In this document: positions 21,202 to 31,072 of the stretch, in pieces
How positions within the stretch are numbered: the first letter of the stretch is position 1
How the letters are laid out: each line of letters starts with the position of its first letter
From: a virus
Lineage: Duplodnaviria; Caudoviricetes
Reading direction: 5' to 3' (one strand)
DNA: 64,000 nt
Virus record (IMG/VR): IMGVR_UViG_3300031992_000053
Location: 1 to 64,000 of that record
Translations under genes and position numbers: made by a program
Notes under the pieces: generated by a model
What the model saw: only the letters and a program-made list of their open reading frames with translations
The model's database searches: none
What the model was told of the DNA's origin: nothing

Positions 21202-21636
21202 ATGGATAATAATAAAGAATCAAATCAGCCAATTAGGTTAACAGAACAAGACATTCATTTTCTTGTGGAAGAAGCCGTGAAAGGCTATCTTGTTGAGAAT
21301 GGTATGGATGAAGGTATTTGGGGCGGTTTAAAAAATGTTGCGCAAAAAGGCGCATCTGCCGTAGGAAGAGGACTTCAAAATGCTGGACGAAACGTTAGAA
21401 GTACAGCGACTAATGCATATAATAATGTCACTGGAGCCACTAGTAATGCAGTAAATCAAGTTAAGACAGCTTATCAGCAAGGTAATGCTCAACAAGACTT
21501 GAATAATGTAAACAATGCATTAAAACCAATGGTTCAAAAAGGTATTATTGACCAAAATACCTACAAACAAATTTTAGGTAGGCTTAATAGAGCGATGAGA
21601 AATCAAGGTGGACAAAATATGCAAGGTATTCAATAA
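21202..21636 (+). CDS. IIRLTESDL-tag protein with Gln/Asn/Ala-rich helical cargo
   Basis: PIRLTEQDIHFLVEEAVKGYLVE followed by DEGIWGGLK. Confidence 0.6.
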   Translation: MDNNKESNQPIRLTEQDIHFLVEEAVKGYLVENGMDEGIWGGLKNVAQKGASAVGRGLQNAGRNVRSTATNAYNNVTGATSNAVNQVKTAYQQGNAQQDLNNVNNALKPMVQKGIIDQNTYKQILGRLNRAMRNQGGQNMQGIQ

Positions 21637-21642
21637 CTTAAT

Positions 21643-21678
21643 TAAAAAGGCACTGAGGTTAGTTCAGTGCCTTTTTAA
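21643..21678. terminator. bidirectional intrinsic terminator
   Basis: TTAAAAAGGCACTGA..TCAGTGCCTTTTTAA. Confidence 0.8.
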
Positions 21679-21868
21679 TTTTTTCATAATCTTCTTTTAA
21701 ATAGCCATTTCGATATGCTATTTTGATTTTTCCCCAAAATGAGCATCCAATTGTAGTTTTTTCGGTAAATGGCTTATTGATTTGATTATTTTCAATCGAA
21801 ATCTCATCATATCCCCATTTTTTAGCCTTTTTATTATAGGCTTCAATCATTTTTTGAATTTTTTCCAT
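21659..21868 (-). CDS. small hypothetical protein with its own host-type promoter
   Basis: 69 aa. Minus-strand TTTG-N20-TACCTTTGC at about 21900-21932. Confidence 0.6.
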   Translation of the reverse strand: MEKIQKMIEAYNKKAKKWGYDEISIENNQINKPFTEKTTIGCSFWGKIKIAYRNGYLKEDYEKIKKALN

Positions 21869-21977
21869 ATTAATATTATGTTTATTTTTGTTTTACATCG
21901 CAAAGGTACGAAATTATTCCGATATAACCAAATAATTTAACTAATATTTATATTTATTAATAAATAAGCATTTTTAT

Positions 21978-22601
21978 ATGAAAAAAATTATAAGATTGAC
22001 TGAATCTGATTTGCATAATATCATAAAAAAATCAGTGAATAGGGTTTTAAGAGAATCAGAGTATCTTGATGCTGAACCTTATGACATTGATATTTTTGAT
22101 AACACGTATGATGATGATTTTGATAATATTATGTCTGATTATTCAAAGATGCCAGATGGATATGACGATGACATTGACCCATCACATTTGGACACAGATA
22201 AAATTGCCATGCTTAACAAAAACTATGAAGCAGAAGCATTCCCATATTTGAAGGGCGTACAGAATAATGCATCTTGGCAAGCATTTGATGACGATGTGAG
22301 AAGAAATCGTGATATGTGGGAGTCAATAATCAGAAACTCTATTAGCAAAGTACTAAAAGAAGATGGTGAAATTGGCGGTGGTGGCGCAACCAATTGTGTT
22401 GGCATCAATGTAGGCGGTGCTGCTGGTCAAGCCAAGAACCATATTGATGCTGCTCCTTTTAGCAATAAACCATTAAAACAGAAACATAACCTTGGCAATC
22501 CAACAACAAAGAAAGCCAATATGGTAGATATAACTCCAGCATTGGATAGAACTCCTGGATTTTCAATGGGTGAACGTGTTGGCGATAAAAAGAAGAAGTA
22601 A
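21978..22601 (+). CDS. IIRLTESDL-tag protein, acidic
   Basis: MKKIIRLTESDLHNIIKKSVNRVLRE plus internal half-copy IIRNSISKVLKE. Tandem ATATTTAT at 21944-57. Confidence 0.6.
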   Translation: MKKIIRLTESDLHNIIKKSVNRVLRESEYLDAEPYDIDIFDNTYDDDFDNIMSDYSKMPDGYDDDIDPSHLDTDKIAMLNKNYEAEAFPYLKGVQNNASWQAFDDDVRRNRDMWESIIRNSISKVLKEDGEIGGGGATNCVGINVGGAAGQAKNHIDAAPFSNKPLKQKHNLGNPTTKKANMVDITPALDRTPGFSMGERVGDKKKK

Positions 22602-22603
22602 CT

Positions 22604-22747
22604 ATGATAGATTACGAAGCAAATGCTGATACCATTAAGAAAGTCAAGGAGATAAATGATAAACTTGAAGATGAAAGAGATGGTAAAGCAAGAACGAAAT
22701 TAATGTTTGAACAACTATTAAGAGGATTATATATAAATCAATTTTAA
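22604..22747 (+). CDS. small hypothetical protein (47 aa)
   Basis: MIDYEANADTIKK... fills the gap between co-oriented genes. Confidence 0.55.
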   Translation: MIDYEANADTIKKVKEINDKLEDERDGKARTKLMFEQLLRGLYINQF

Positions 22748-22762
22748 TAAAAATATTATATT

Positions 22763-23584
22763 ATGATTACAAAAATAAGCGTAGGCGAATTGAGAAGAGT
22801 TATCAAGGAAAGTCAAAACGAGTTTAAACCTGTTGTTTTTGGAAATGATGAGTCTAAAAAAATCAACGACAAGGCTTACAGCGACATCAAGAAAGAGACC
22901 GAGAAATATGATGGAGGTCTTTCTAAAGAAAGCAAGAAACTTGGTGGGGGCATCGGTGCAACTGATAACAAAGGTATGCATGACTTAACTTACGATAACA
23001 TCAACAAACCTTTTAAAGAGAGAACTAAATCCCAGATGAAGGGGTATGTATCTAAGGATGCTGAAGATAAGCACAAGAATGATGAATTTGGCAATGCCAC
23101 ATTCGATAATGATGGAAAAATCTATGACGCAGCAAAAGACCATGCAAAGGCAGTCAAGCAAGGAAAGGATACTGCTGCTGAAATTGGATTAACTAGTCGT
23201 GAGTTAAATAAAAATGATATAGAAAAAAATACTGAAACAATGGAAGAATCTAAGAAAATCAAGATGCTCTCCTTCAAAAATACTAAATTCCTTTCAGAGG
23301 GTCATATGATGACGATGATACCAGATGAGTTTAAGGTAGAGGGAAAGAGATTCATTATGAAAGATGGTGCTGACAACCAATATCTTGTAGAATGGTCAAC
23401 AAAAAAAGAACCTAGCGTAACTAAGAAACTTAATATGACGCTTGTTAACGAGCAAAAAGAAAGGATTAAACAACTTTGGGGATATAAGAGCGCAGAAGCA
23501 AAGACTAGTACCTCAAGTTTCAGAATACAAGAGGATAAAGAGTTTTCAGATATGGTTAATAAGGCTAGAAAGTTAATGAAATAA
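22763..23584 (+). CDS. putative prohead core/internal protein
   Basis: Degenerate tag KISVGELRRVIKE, multiple (L/I/V/M)-x-E sites, highly charged. Confidence 0.45.
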   Translation: MITKISVGELRRVIKESQNEFKPVVFGNDESKKINDKAYSDIKKETEKYDGGLSKESKKLGGGIGATDNKGMHDLTYDNINKPFKERTKSQMKGYVSKDAEDKHKNDEFGNATFDNDGKIYDAAKDHAKAVKQGKDTAAEIGLTSRELNKNDIEKNTETMEESKKIKMLSFKNTKFLSEGHMMTMIPDEFKVEGKRFIMKDGADNQYLVEWSTKKEPSVTKKLNMTLVNEQKERIKQLWGYKSAEAKTSTSSFRIQEDKEFSDMVNKARKLMK

Positions 23585-23610
23585 CAATTAATTAAAATTT
23601 ATGTTTAGAA

Positions 23611-24393
23611 ATGAAAAATAGTGACATAAACATTAACATAAATCCTCAGTCTGAGGAAAAGAAAGAGCCTATTTACACGCAAGTCGGGAAAAAGATAAGT
23701 AGTACTATTGCAAATGCAAAATGGTCTAAGATACTTAAAGTTTATTTTGTTACGTTTTTCTTTCTAGCCACAGGATTATTTTTTTATTTCTCTTATCGTG
23801 CAGTTAGTGACGATGATATTATGAAACAAACTGCAATGAAAATGGCAAGCTCTGAAAAAGAGGAAAACATCAGGGATTATATAGTTACGCCTAAAATTCA
23901 ACATGACTTGGATATTTTAGTTTATACCATAAATGCTGATAGGGCATTTCTTTTTGAATTGCATAATGGCAAGAAAAACACAAGTGGTCTTCCATTTCGT
24001 TTTGCTGACATGACATATGAAGAAACAAATGAAGACAGAAAAGTTGATAAAGTCGCAATGGAGTTTCAAAATATTCCATTGACGCTGTATAAATATCCTA
24101 ATTATCTACAGAAAAAGAAAATAATAATCGGAACAGTTGATGAAATTGAAAAAGTTGATAGGGAGTTCGCAAGACACGTCAAAGATATTGGAGGCGTATA
24201 TCTTGGAATGATATATATATCAAATAGGGGCATTCCTTTAGGATTTTTATGCATTTCATACCATAATATGAATGATGTGCCAAGTAAAGATGTTATTGAT
24301 AGAAAATTGAGAGAACACGACCAGTCATTAAAACAATTATTGGATTTGCAAACACAAATTAACACTGAAATTGATGTTACAGATGAAGTTTAA
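23611..24393 (+). CDS. single-TM protein with GAF-like soluble domain, possible T4 T-type holin
   Basis: One hydrophobic helix (VYFVTFFFLATGLFFYF) then ADRAFLFELHNG...LGFLCISY GAF-like pattern. Confidence 0.5.
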   Translation: MKNSDINININPQSEEKKEPIYTQVGKKISSTIANAKWSKILKVYFVTFFFLATGLFFYFSYRAVSDDDIMKQTAMKMASSEKEENIRDYIVTPKIQHDLDILVYTINADRAFLFELHNGKKNTSGLPFRFADMTYEETNEDRKVDKVAMEFQNIPLTLYKYPNYLQKKKIIIGTVDEIEKVDREFARHVKDIGGVYLGMIYISNRGIPLGFLCISYHNMNDVPSKDVIDRKLREHDQSLKQLLDLQTQINTEIDVTDEV

Positions 24394-25090
24394 AGAATTA
24401 ATGCATAATAATAAATTTTTATGGTTTTTAAACACTATAATGGTGACATTATGGCTGTTATCCATATTGTTTATGTTCAAATGCTATAACGAGAAAGTCA
24501 GCAGCACGAAGAGGCTAGTTGATGAAATTGAGTATAAAGATAATATGAACAGATATAATAAATTATATTATGATGCTCAATTCAAAAATTTGAAAAAGAC
24601 AAATAGAGAGTTGTATGATTCTTTAAAAAATTGCAAAGATGAGATAGGATATTTGCTTCAATTTAAATATGATAAGGAATATTCTACTGGTGTTGTACAC
24701 GTTCAAAAAGATACTTTAAAGGATAGCGTTTTTCAAGGCATAATAGCAGAGCCTAGAACTTTTGAATATAGTAGCGAACCTAATGATACATTCCAATACA
24801 AACTTAAAATAAATTCGCAGACAGAACCTAATTGGTATTCTCTTAACACTAAGTTTTCTGATAAGTTTACAATTGTGAACAAAGAAGATGGGAACGGATT
24901 GAATCACATAACAATAGGAAGCAGTACTAGTGGGGATATATCCGATGTTACAGTTTTTAATAAAAAAGAAAAACGTAAGTTTCTAAGTAGATTTAGTGTA
25001 GGTCCATCTGTTACGGCAGGTTATGACATAATAAATAAACAATGGGGAATAATGGCTGGTGCTTCAGTTACGCTTGATTTAACAAAATAA
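24383..25090 (+). CDS. membrane-anchored coiled-coil protein, possible spanin-like lysis protein
   Basis: N-terminal TM helix, coiled coil, C-terminal amphipathic beta hairpin (FSVGPSVTAGYD...GASVTLDL). Start uncertain (24371-24401). Confidence 0.45.
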   Translation: MKFKELMHNNKFLWFLNTIMVTLWLLSILFMFKCYNEKVSSTKRLVDEIEYKDNMNRYNKLYYDAQFKNLKKTNRELYDSLKNCKDEIGYLLQFKYDKEYSTGVVHVQKDTLKDSVFQGIIAEPRTFEYSSEPNDTFQYKLKINSQTEPNWYSLNTKFSDKFTIVNKEDGNGLNHITIGSSTSGDISDVTVFNKKEKRKFLSRFSVGPSVTAGYDIINKQWGIMAGASVTLDLTK

Positions 25091-25950
25091 TGGTAGACAA
25101 ACAAAAACAATTTGAACTTATCACTAATGGCAATCCATTCAATTCAGAACTAGGCAATCATACATGGATTAAAGATGTTTCTGATATAAAGACATATGAA
25201 GAGGCGTGGGAAGACGAAGGAGAAATATATGGGATAACACCAGATTTCTCTAGAGAAGATGCAATAAAGGCGTTGAAAAGTGGTATTATTACAGTGTATA
25301 GTTCCTACCCGATAAAACAAGGTATATTTGTTACTCCGTCTAGGATGGAAGCCCAAAGCTACGCTGGCAGCAATAGAGTGTTTTCCAAAACTGTCAGATT
25401 GAGTGATGTCGCTTGGATTGACCCAACGCAAGGACAATATGCCAATATAAATGAAAACAAAAAGTATATGAAAAAGATAATTAGATTGACAGAATCAGAT
25501 TTACGAAGAATAGTGTCGAACTCTGTTAGAAGAGTACTGAAAGAAGGATATAATCAATTTTCAGACGGAGATTTTGCTAGTGATGGGAATCCATATGAAT
25601 TAGAGGATGACAATGTAGACCCAACAGCAGATGTATCTCACATAACTCCTAATGATTTGAGGAAAGTTTATGTATGGGATACTGGAGACTCATACTATGA
25701 GTTTGAAGCTGATTATGGAGAAGGAATGAATGAGGCAGTATCTTTTAGAGGCTCTTTTGATGGTGATTTCACAATAGATGATGTAGTATTGGGGCATAGT
25801 GGATTTGGACGCCAGATGAACCCAAATGACTTAAAAACGCCACAATTTGAAAATTGGTTTAACTCAACCCTTGGAGATAGTTTATCAAGAATTATCTATC
25901 AGAAAATAAATAGTGGAGATTTCTCAAACGATGCAGAAAGTGGTTATTAA
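25090..25950 (+). CDS. two-module protein with internal IIRLTESDL tag, N-module possibly ART-like
   Basis: ITVYSS..GIFVTPSRMEAQSYAG..VAWID module, then MKKIIRLTESDL at 25468. Confidence 0.5.
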   Translation: MVDKQKQFELITNGNPFNSELGNHTWIKDVSDIKTYEEAWEDEGEIYGITPDFSREDAIKALKSGIITVYSSYPIKQGIFVTPSRMEAQSYAGSNRVFSKTVRLSDVAWIDPTQGQYANINENKKYMKKIIRLTESDLRRIVSNSVRRVLKEGYNQFSDGDFASDGNPYELEDDNVDPTADVSHITPNDLRKVYVWDTGDSYYEFEADYGEGMNEAVSFRGSFDGDFTIDDVVLGHSGFGRQMNPNDLKTPQFENWFNSTLGDSLSRIIYQKINSGDFSNDAESGY

Positions 25951-25957
25951 ATATATA

Positions 25958-25997
25958 AAATGCTTAACAAGACTTTAATTGTTAGGCATTTTTTTTA
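25958..25997 (+). terminator. intrinsic terminator
   Basis: AAATGCTTAACAA..TTGTTAGGCATTTTTTTT. Confidence 0.7.
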
Positions 25998-26059
25998 TTT
26001 TTTATGTAAAATGAAATATTTACTTAAGTAAGTAAAATATTAAAAAAATTGATTGAGTT

Positions 26060-26254
26060 ATGATAGCAAGTTTAGTATTAGAATTGAAAGTTTTTCTTTT
26101 CATTATGGCGATATTTGCCGTATTGGTTGGTATTTTACATACTGTTACAGTTTTTAGGCTGCAAAGTGGGAAATTAATATCTTCTGAAAGAGGATTAATT
26201 ACCTTCGGCTCTGCTGTAGCATATATAATAACAATGTTAATTTGTGGTTTTTAA
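26060..26254 (+). CDS. small two-TM membrane protein
   Basis: Two hydrophobic segments in 64 aa. Confidence 0.6.
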   Translation: MIASLVLELKVFLFIMAIFAVLVGILHTVTVFRLQSGKLISSERGLITFGSAVAYIITMLICGF

Positions 26255-26263
26255 ATTGATATT

Positions 26264-26737
26264 ATGAAAACTTTACAAGAAAGAATGAATGACATGAAGC
26301 CTTATTTTCGTGGAATTGAAATGTATAATGAGGCTATCATGGTAAAAGTTGCGTACCCCAATAAGTGGAAAGCATACCCAAGTGAAGATGGTAGGATTAA
26401 GATAACGCCTTCAGATAGTGACCCTAATTTAACATATTATTATGCCGATTCAAAAGATACGACATATGAGGAAATGTTTGACCTTGTAGAACAGACGATT
26501 AAAGCAAATCAAGATATAGTGTTAAAGCTTAAACTGTTAAGGGATAAAGTGGAGGAACTGAAGGAACTGTTCCAGAATACACCATATGATGACCTATTGA
26601 ATTTGCAATTTGTTGTGGGAAAGAAACCAAAACGTAAATATGTGAAAAAAAAGAAAGAAGAAAAACTTGAAGCAGTTGAAGAGGAAAAAGAAATAACAAA
26701 CGATAAAGAAGAAAATAAGATAGAAGAAAATGATTAA
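26264..26737 (+). CDS. hypothetical protein
   Basis: 157-aa ORF in operon. Confidence 0.55.
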   Translation: MKTLQERMNDMKPYFRGIEMYNEAIMVKVAYPNKWKAYPSEDGRIKITPSDSDPNLTYYYADSKDTTYEEMFDLVEQTIKANQDIVLKLKLLRDKVEELKELFQNTPYDDLLNLQFVVGKKPKRKYVKKKKEEKLEAVEEEKEITNDKEENKIEEND

Positions 26738-27098
26738 TATTTTTATTTATATATTGTTTGCATATGGATTAAGTAATCTCTTAGTATTTGGTATGGGTCC
26801 TTATGATTTGCTTGAATGGGTTCGTAAAACAGCGAAAAAGGTTTTTGGAAAGTTAGGTAATATGCTTGATTGTATGATGTGTACGTCAGCTAACATAGGA
26901 TGGGTTGCATCATTACTAAACATAGTATTTATTCCAACGATACCATTAACGCCAATGATGGTACTATATAGTGGCTTAATACCTTGGTACATCATTATAT
27001 TTGGTGATTTATGTATAACTAGTGGCGCAGTTTGGCTAATCAATACGGTACAAGAAGCAATAGAACGAAGTAATGCATATGGAGAAGGAAATGAGTAG
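26730..27098 (+). CDS. membrane protein with CxxC (DUF1360-like)
   Basis: Hydrophobic helices and LDCMMCTSANIGW. Confidence 0.5.
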   Translation: MINIFIYILFAYGLSNLLVFGMGPYDLLEWVRKTAKKVFGKLGNMLDCMMCTSANIGWVASLLNIVFIPTIPLTPMMVLYSGLIPWYIIIFGDLCITSGAVWLINTVQEAIERSNAYGEGNE

Positions 27099-27306
27099 GG
27101 AGATACAATCTCTATACAGCGAGAAAAGGATGGATAGGTTGGCTTTAAAGGGTCATCAATGGACTATTGCGCAGCAGTTGAATGGCTCTATGGGTCAAGA
27201 CATGAAAGACATTCTAGATGGTAAAAAAACTGTTAAGTTATCTTTCTGGAAAAAAATAAAACATAAAATAGATAGTTTTCTATGGAGTTTAAGTTCGGAA
27301 CAATGA
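27091..27306 (+). CDS. hypothetical protein
   Basis: Overlapping operon ORF, likely start MSREIQ. Confidence 0.5.
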   Translation: MSREIQSLYSEKRMDRLALKGHQWTIAQQLNGSMGQDMKDILDGKKTVKLSFWKKIKHKIDSFLWSLSSEQ

Positions 27307-27530
27307 GCATATATGAATTGGGGCAATTCATATCTGACAAGTTGCATGATGATGGAGTGAAGGAACAAGCTGTATTGACAGTCTATGTGAATAATGAAGA
27401 ATTCAAGAAGGTTGATGAGGATTTGTATTATAGGAATAAGACAGATGAAAACCAAGAGTTTGTTCCGTCAGATGGGGAGATAATAGTTAATTTTGATAAT
27501 GTGAAAATATTAATAAAAGTTAAAAGTTGA
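27282..27530 (+). CDS. hypothetical protein
   Basis: 82-aa operon ORF. Confidence 0.55.
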   Translation: MEFKFGTMSIYELGQFISDKLHDDGVKEQAVLTVYVNNEEFKKVDEDLYYRNKTDENQEFVPSDGEIIVNFDNVKILIKVKS

Positions 27531-27570
27531 ATTGATATTTTGTCAGTTCAACTTTTTTTCGTACATTTGC
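27522..27570 (+). promoter_or_regulatory. fused terminator / sigmaA-type promoter
   Basis: 15-bp hairpin 27522-36/27542-56, TTTG 27539-42, 19-nt spacer, TACATTTG 27562-69. Confidence 0.8.
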
Positions 27571-27594
27571 ATCAAATTAAACAAATAAGTATTT

Positions 27595-28221
27595 ATGATT
27601 ACAATTAGCGGAAAAGATTTTATTGACAACATTATTAATGTGTTTAGAGACAATGGTATAACCACTATTGGAAGTGGTGATGTGCTTAACTATGAATCTT
27701 ACCAAAAGATTCCAGATGATATAAAACCATTGTTTATATTTGTTTATGACAAAAGAGTAATAGGCTCTAAAAAATTTATTTCGGCCGAGTTTAAAGACAT
27801 ATATACATTAGGCTTTTATTACTATTTTTTCTTTAAGGCTAATGGCTATGAGCCATTTGATTTTGCATCTGAATTATATGACCGCTTGCATGTAGGTACT
27901 ATATACAGCTGGAGTAGCGATAATTTCAGTATTTGTACCCAAAAAAAGAAAATAAATAATAAAATAACCGTTAGCTTTTTATATTATGCCAATGATGTTA
28001 CTACTGATTTGCCAATGTTTTACGAGGAAGAAGAAAAAGAAGAATTTTTAGTAGAAGCAGATAATGGAAAATTTTTATATTCTTTACGTAGGTTTAACAA
28101 TATATTTGAATCTCCATTTAGTAATTTTTGTGATGATGGGTTGGTTGAAAAGATTGAAGAATCTATTAAGTTGAATAAAAATGCTTTGAAGATTTTAAAG
28201 AAAATTAAGAGTGAGAAGTAA
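27595..28221 (+). CDS. hypothetical protein
   Basis: 208-aa ORF behind a host-type promoter. Confidence 0.55.
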   Translation: MITISGKDFIDNIINVFRDNGITTIGSGDVLNYESYQKIPDDIKPLFIFVYDKRVIGSKKFISAEFKDIYTLGFYYYFFFKANGYEPFDFASELYDRLHVGTIYSWSSDNFSICTQKKKINNKITVSFLYYANDVTTDLPMFYEEEEKEEFLVEADNGKFLYSLRRFNNIFESPFSNFCDDGLVEKIEESIKLNKNALKILKKIKSEK

Positions 28222-28237
28222 TTCTCGCTCTTATTTA

Positions 28238-28930
28238 TTATGGTCTGGTGCAATGCCTCGTGATTTTTCTACGATTCCAGTGTGTCAATTGCTGTATTCT
28301 ATCAATCCAATTAATTTTATATTTGCTGTGCGCAGTGTCTCCCATAAATGCGATGTATTTGATTTTATTATCCATGCACCATTTTTCAATTTGGTTATAT
28401 AATCTTATACAATCGTTTTTGTTTTTACAGATGACCATTTCTAAGTTTCCGTTGCAGTCAATAAGGAGTTTGTTTTTATATATTTGAATTGATTTAAACA
28501 TATATTTGTTTTTTGAATCTTTTCTGATAAAGTTATCAAAAATCCATTCAAATGTTTTCCTCTGTAGTTTTGGATGATACCCATATACCCAAAACGTTTC
28601 TTCCATATTGTAATTTGCACGGTCAATGACAATCCAACCATCTTCAACAGTTTCATAGTTGGTATATTGACCATATTCATCCCTTATCTTATTAACGTCA
28701 CTATCCCCAAATTCCTTACATTTTATAATAATTAGTTCGTATTGTGACTCTACTATTACATCTTTTCCGTTATTGTATTGGACTGGAAATTTGACTTTTT
28801 TATTCTCCTCCAAAAGTTCATTAAAACGTTTATATATCTTATTTTCAGTTTCTTCACTGCAAATAGTTCTCAAACGTTTATTATGACTTGTAAGTATTAT
28901 CGTATATATTTTTTTCTTATTTCTATGCAT
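28238..28930 (-). CDS. hypothetical protein
   Basis: 230-aa ORF. Confidence 0.55.
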   Translation of the reverse strand: MHRNKKKIYTIILTSHNKRLRTICSEETENKIYKRFNELLEENKKVKFPVQYNNGKDVIVESQYELIIIKCKEFGDSDVNKIRDEYGQYTNYETVEDGWIVIDRANYNMEETFWVYGYHPKLQRKTFEWIFDNFIRKDSKNKYMFKSIQIYKNKLLIDCNGNLEMVICKNKNDCIRLYNQIEKWCMDNKIKYIAFMGDTAHSKYKINWIDRIQQLTHWNRRKITRHCTRP

Positions 28931-28976
28931 ATTTTTACAAAAAATAATTTTGTTTTACTTTTGTTAAATATATATT

Positions 28977-29009
28977 TTGTTTTTTAACTTTTTTTATATA
29001 TCTTTGCAA
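28977..29009 (+). promoter_or_regulatory. Bacteroidota sigmaA-type promoter
   Basis: TTTG-N~19-TATCTTTGCA. Confidence 0.65.
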
Positions 29010-29014
29010 AAAGT

Positions 29015-29215
29015 ATGAGAGTAGGCGATATTGTTGAATACACGGATGATTGGATAAAAGGAAGAAAATGGTATTTATTGTCTTTTAATGGTAATGGTTT
29101 GTGTACCATTGTAATCATTAGGGATGGAAAGTATACCAATGAGAAAAATGGAGAAGTCAGATTAAATGCAAATATTGTAAATTTAAATATACAAAAAATA
29201 AAACTTATTAAATAA
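29015..29215 (+). CDS. small hypothetical protein
   Basis: 66 aa, MRVGDIVEY SH3-like start. Confidence 0.5.
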   Translation: MRVGDIVEYTDDWIKGRKWYLLSFNGNGLCTIVIIRDGKYTNEKNGEVRLNANIVNLNIQKIKLIK

Positions 29216-29226
29216 TAATTCAAATT

Positions 29227-29697
29227 ATGGCAAAATTTTTTGAGACATCACAAGATGTTGCTGAATTGGTACAAAGCAAGTGGGAAGATACTGGACTTGC
29301 TCAGATGGGAATTGAACTTAAACTGCTTTCTATAACAAAGGCAAAGAATATTCTTAAAGCATCTAAAGCTGGTGCTACAGTTAATTATCTAACAAGAAAG
29401 GATGCGTTTTTAGTTATATATGAAGAAGCATTCGATAGGCTTTCAGATGAGTTTAAAGAGAAATTGATTGAAGGGTGCTTATCAAATATCTCATATGATG
29501 CAGAACACGATAAATTGAATGTTGAAACTGATATTGCGAAAGAAATGTTCAGAATGCGCAGAAAGTACGAAAATTACGTTGATATTATGGAGGCTTCATA
29601 TCTCACTATTGAACAGATTGAGGACGAAGAGCGCAGACGTAAGGAAGAGGAGAAACTAAAGAAAGCGGAAGCAAGAGCAGCTAAGAAAAAGCAATGA
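29227..29697 (+). CDS. hypothetical protein (possible degenerate phage metallopeptidase-like fold)
   Basis: 156 aa, no intact HExxH. Confidence 0.45.
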   Translation: MAKFFETSQDVAELVQSKWEDTGLAQMGIELKLLSITKAKNILKASKAGATVNYLTRKDAFLVIYEEAFDRLSDEFKEKLIEGCLSNISYDAEHDKLNVETDIAKEMFRMRRKYENYVDIMEASYLTIEQIEDEERRRKEEEKLKKAEARAAKKKQ

Positions 29698-30068
29698 AAG
29701 CGATAATTGATAGAGACGATTTTGGCAGTATTCTCAGATTATTGAAGAGTTCAAACTTGACACAGATAACAGATAGGGATGAGCTTTGTAGTTGGACTGA
29801 TGGTGATTGGGGAGAGTATTGGTATCTCTTTAAGAATGATGACGATACGATAAGGGTATCATTCATAGATTCTTACAATCATGATAAGACACTAATTGAT
29901 ATATCCTTTTTGAAGGAGATATTCAGTTTCGGCAAGAAGCTCTATGGAAATACTCTCAAATTCGTATTTGAAAACAGATTAGAGCCAACTGATTTAGCTG
30001 CCATGTGTAGGTGGAACGATATAGTTTTCACCGATTTGGAATTTAAATATGGTTTAAACAAAGACTAA
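29694..30068 (+). CDS. hypothetical protein
   Basis: ATGA overlap with the previous gene. Confidence 0.55.
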   Translation: MKAIIDRDDFGSILRLLKSSNLTQITDRDELCSWTDGDWGEYWYLFKNDDDTIRVSFIDSYNHDKTLIDISFLKEIFSFGKKLYGNTLKFVFENRLEPTDLAAMCRWNDIVFTDLEFKYGLNKD

Positions 30069-30289
30069 TGGGTAAGGTTGTTGGAAAAGCCCCACGTCCA
30101 AGGGGCAATAAGAGTAGAAAAAAGAACAAGGTTAGGGAGCAAGCGTTTAGGGAAATTGTTAAGCAATATCCTAATCTCGTAGATTCTGAAGAAAAGAAAA
30201 AAGAATTAATGGACATCATTGGTAATATTGATGTTGCCGTTGATGGCACTGGACAAATGAGAATGTTTTACAAAGGAGAAGAAAAATAA
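30068..30289 (+). CDS. small basic hypothetical protein
   Basis: TAATG overlap. Confidence 0.55.
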   Translation: MGKVVGKAPRPRGNKSRKKNKVREQAFREIVKQYPNLVDSEEKKKELMDIIGNIDVAVDGTGQMRMFYKGEEK

Positions 30290-30310
30290 TATTTTTAAAG
30301 TAAACTAATA

Positions 30311-31015
30311 ATGGCAAATTTGAACGCAAAGTGGTTGAATCTAGTATTCATCATTGACAAAAGTGGTAGTATGTACCCATCAACTGCCGATGTAATTGGC
30401 GGTTTTAACAAGATTATCGAAGAGCAAAAAGCAATTAAAGACGGTAAGGTAACTGTTTCTCTTTTTACGTTTAATGAGAAAGTTACAGAGGAATATCTTG
30501 GTGTAGATATTAATGATATTAAAGAATTTAACTATTCCGCTGGAGGTTCTACAGCAATGAATGATGGTATTGGCGTAGGTGTCTATAATGTTGGTAGATG
30601 GCTTCATGAGAAAGATATAAATGGTGAGGAAATGCCAGGAAAAACACTTGTGGTTGTAATGACCGATGGTATGGAAAATGCATCTAAGGAATATACATTG
30701 AAACAGATTCAAGACACCATCAAGGAGCAAACAGAAAAGTATTCTTGGGAATTTATGTATCAAGGATGTGATATTACATCGTCAAAGGCTGCTGATGAAC
30801 TTGGTTTCAAGTTTAAGACTTATGGCTCTAGAAAAAAATTCTCAAAGAACTATGATATGATTAACTGTGCTGTCAGCAACTATAGAGGGCTAGCAAATGC
30901 TGGAGCTACAATGGATGAGGCAACACTTTCTTTCTGTGACACACTTAATAAAGAGGCGTTGAGGGCAACAACTGAATATGAGAAGGAAATTGGTAAGAAA
31001 ATTACATCAATTTAA
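30311..31015 (+). CDS. von Willebrand factor A (vWA) domain protein
   Basis: MIDAS DKSGSM, T, VMTDGMENAS. Confidence 0.85.
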   Translation: MANLNAKWLNLVFIIDKSGSMYPSTADVIGGFNKIIEEQKAIKDGKVTVSLFTFNEKVTEEYLGVDINDIKEFNYSAGGSTAMNDGIGVGVYNVGRWLHEKDINGEEMPGKTLVVVMTDGMENASKEYTLKQIQDTIKEQTEKYSWEFMYQGCDITSSKAADELGFKFKTYGSRKKFSKNYDMINCAVSNYRGLANAGATMDEATLSFCDTLNKEALRATTEYEKEIGKKITSI

Positions 31016-31022
31016 ATAAGGT

Positions 31023-31053
31023 AGGGGAGTTATAAAGTTTTTAATTCCCCTAT
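31023..31053 (+). terminator. probable terminator hairpin
   Basis: TAGGGGAGTTA..TAATTCCCCTA. Confidence 0.55.
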
Positions 31054-31072
31054 TAATAAATTATAAAGCTGT

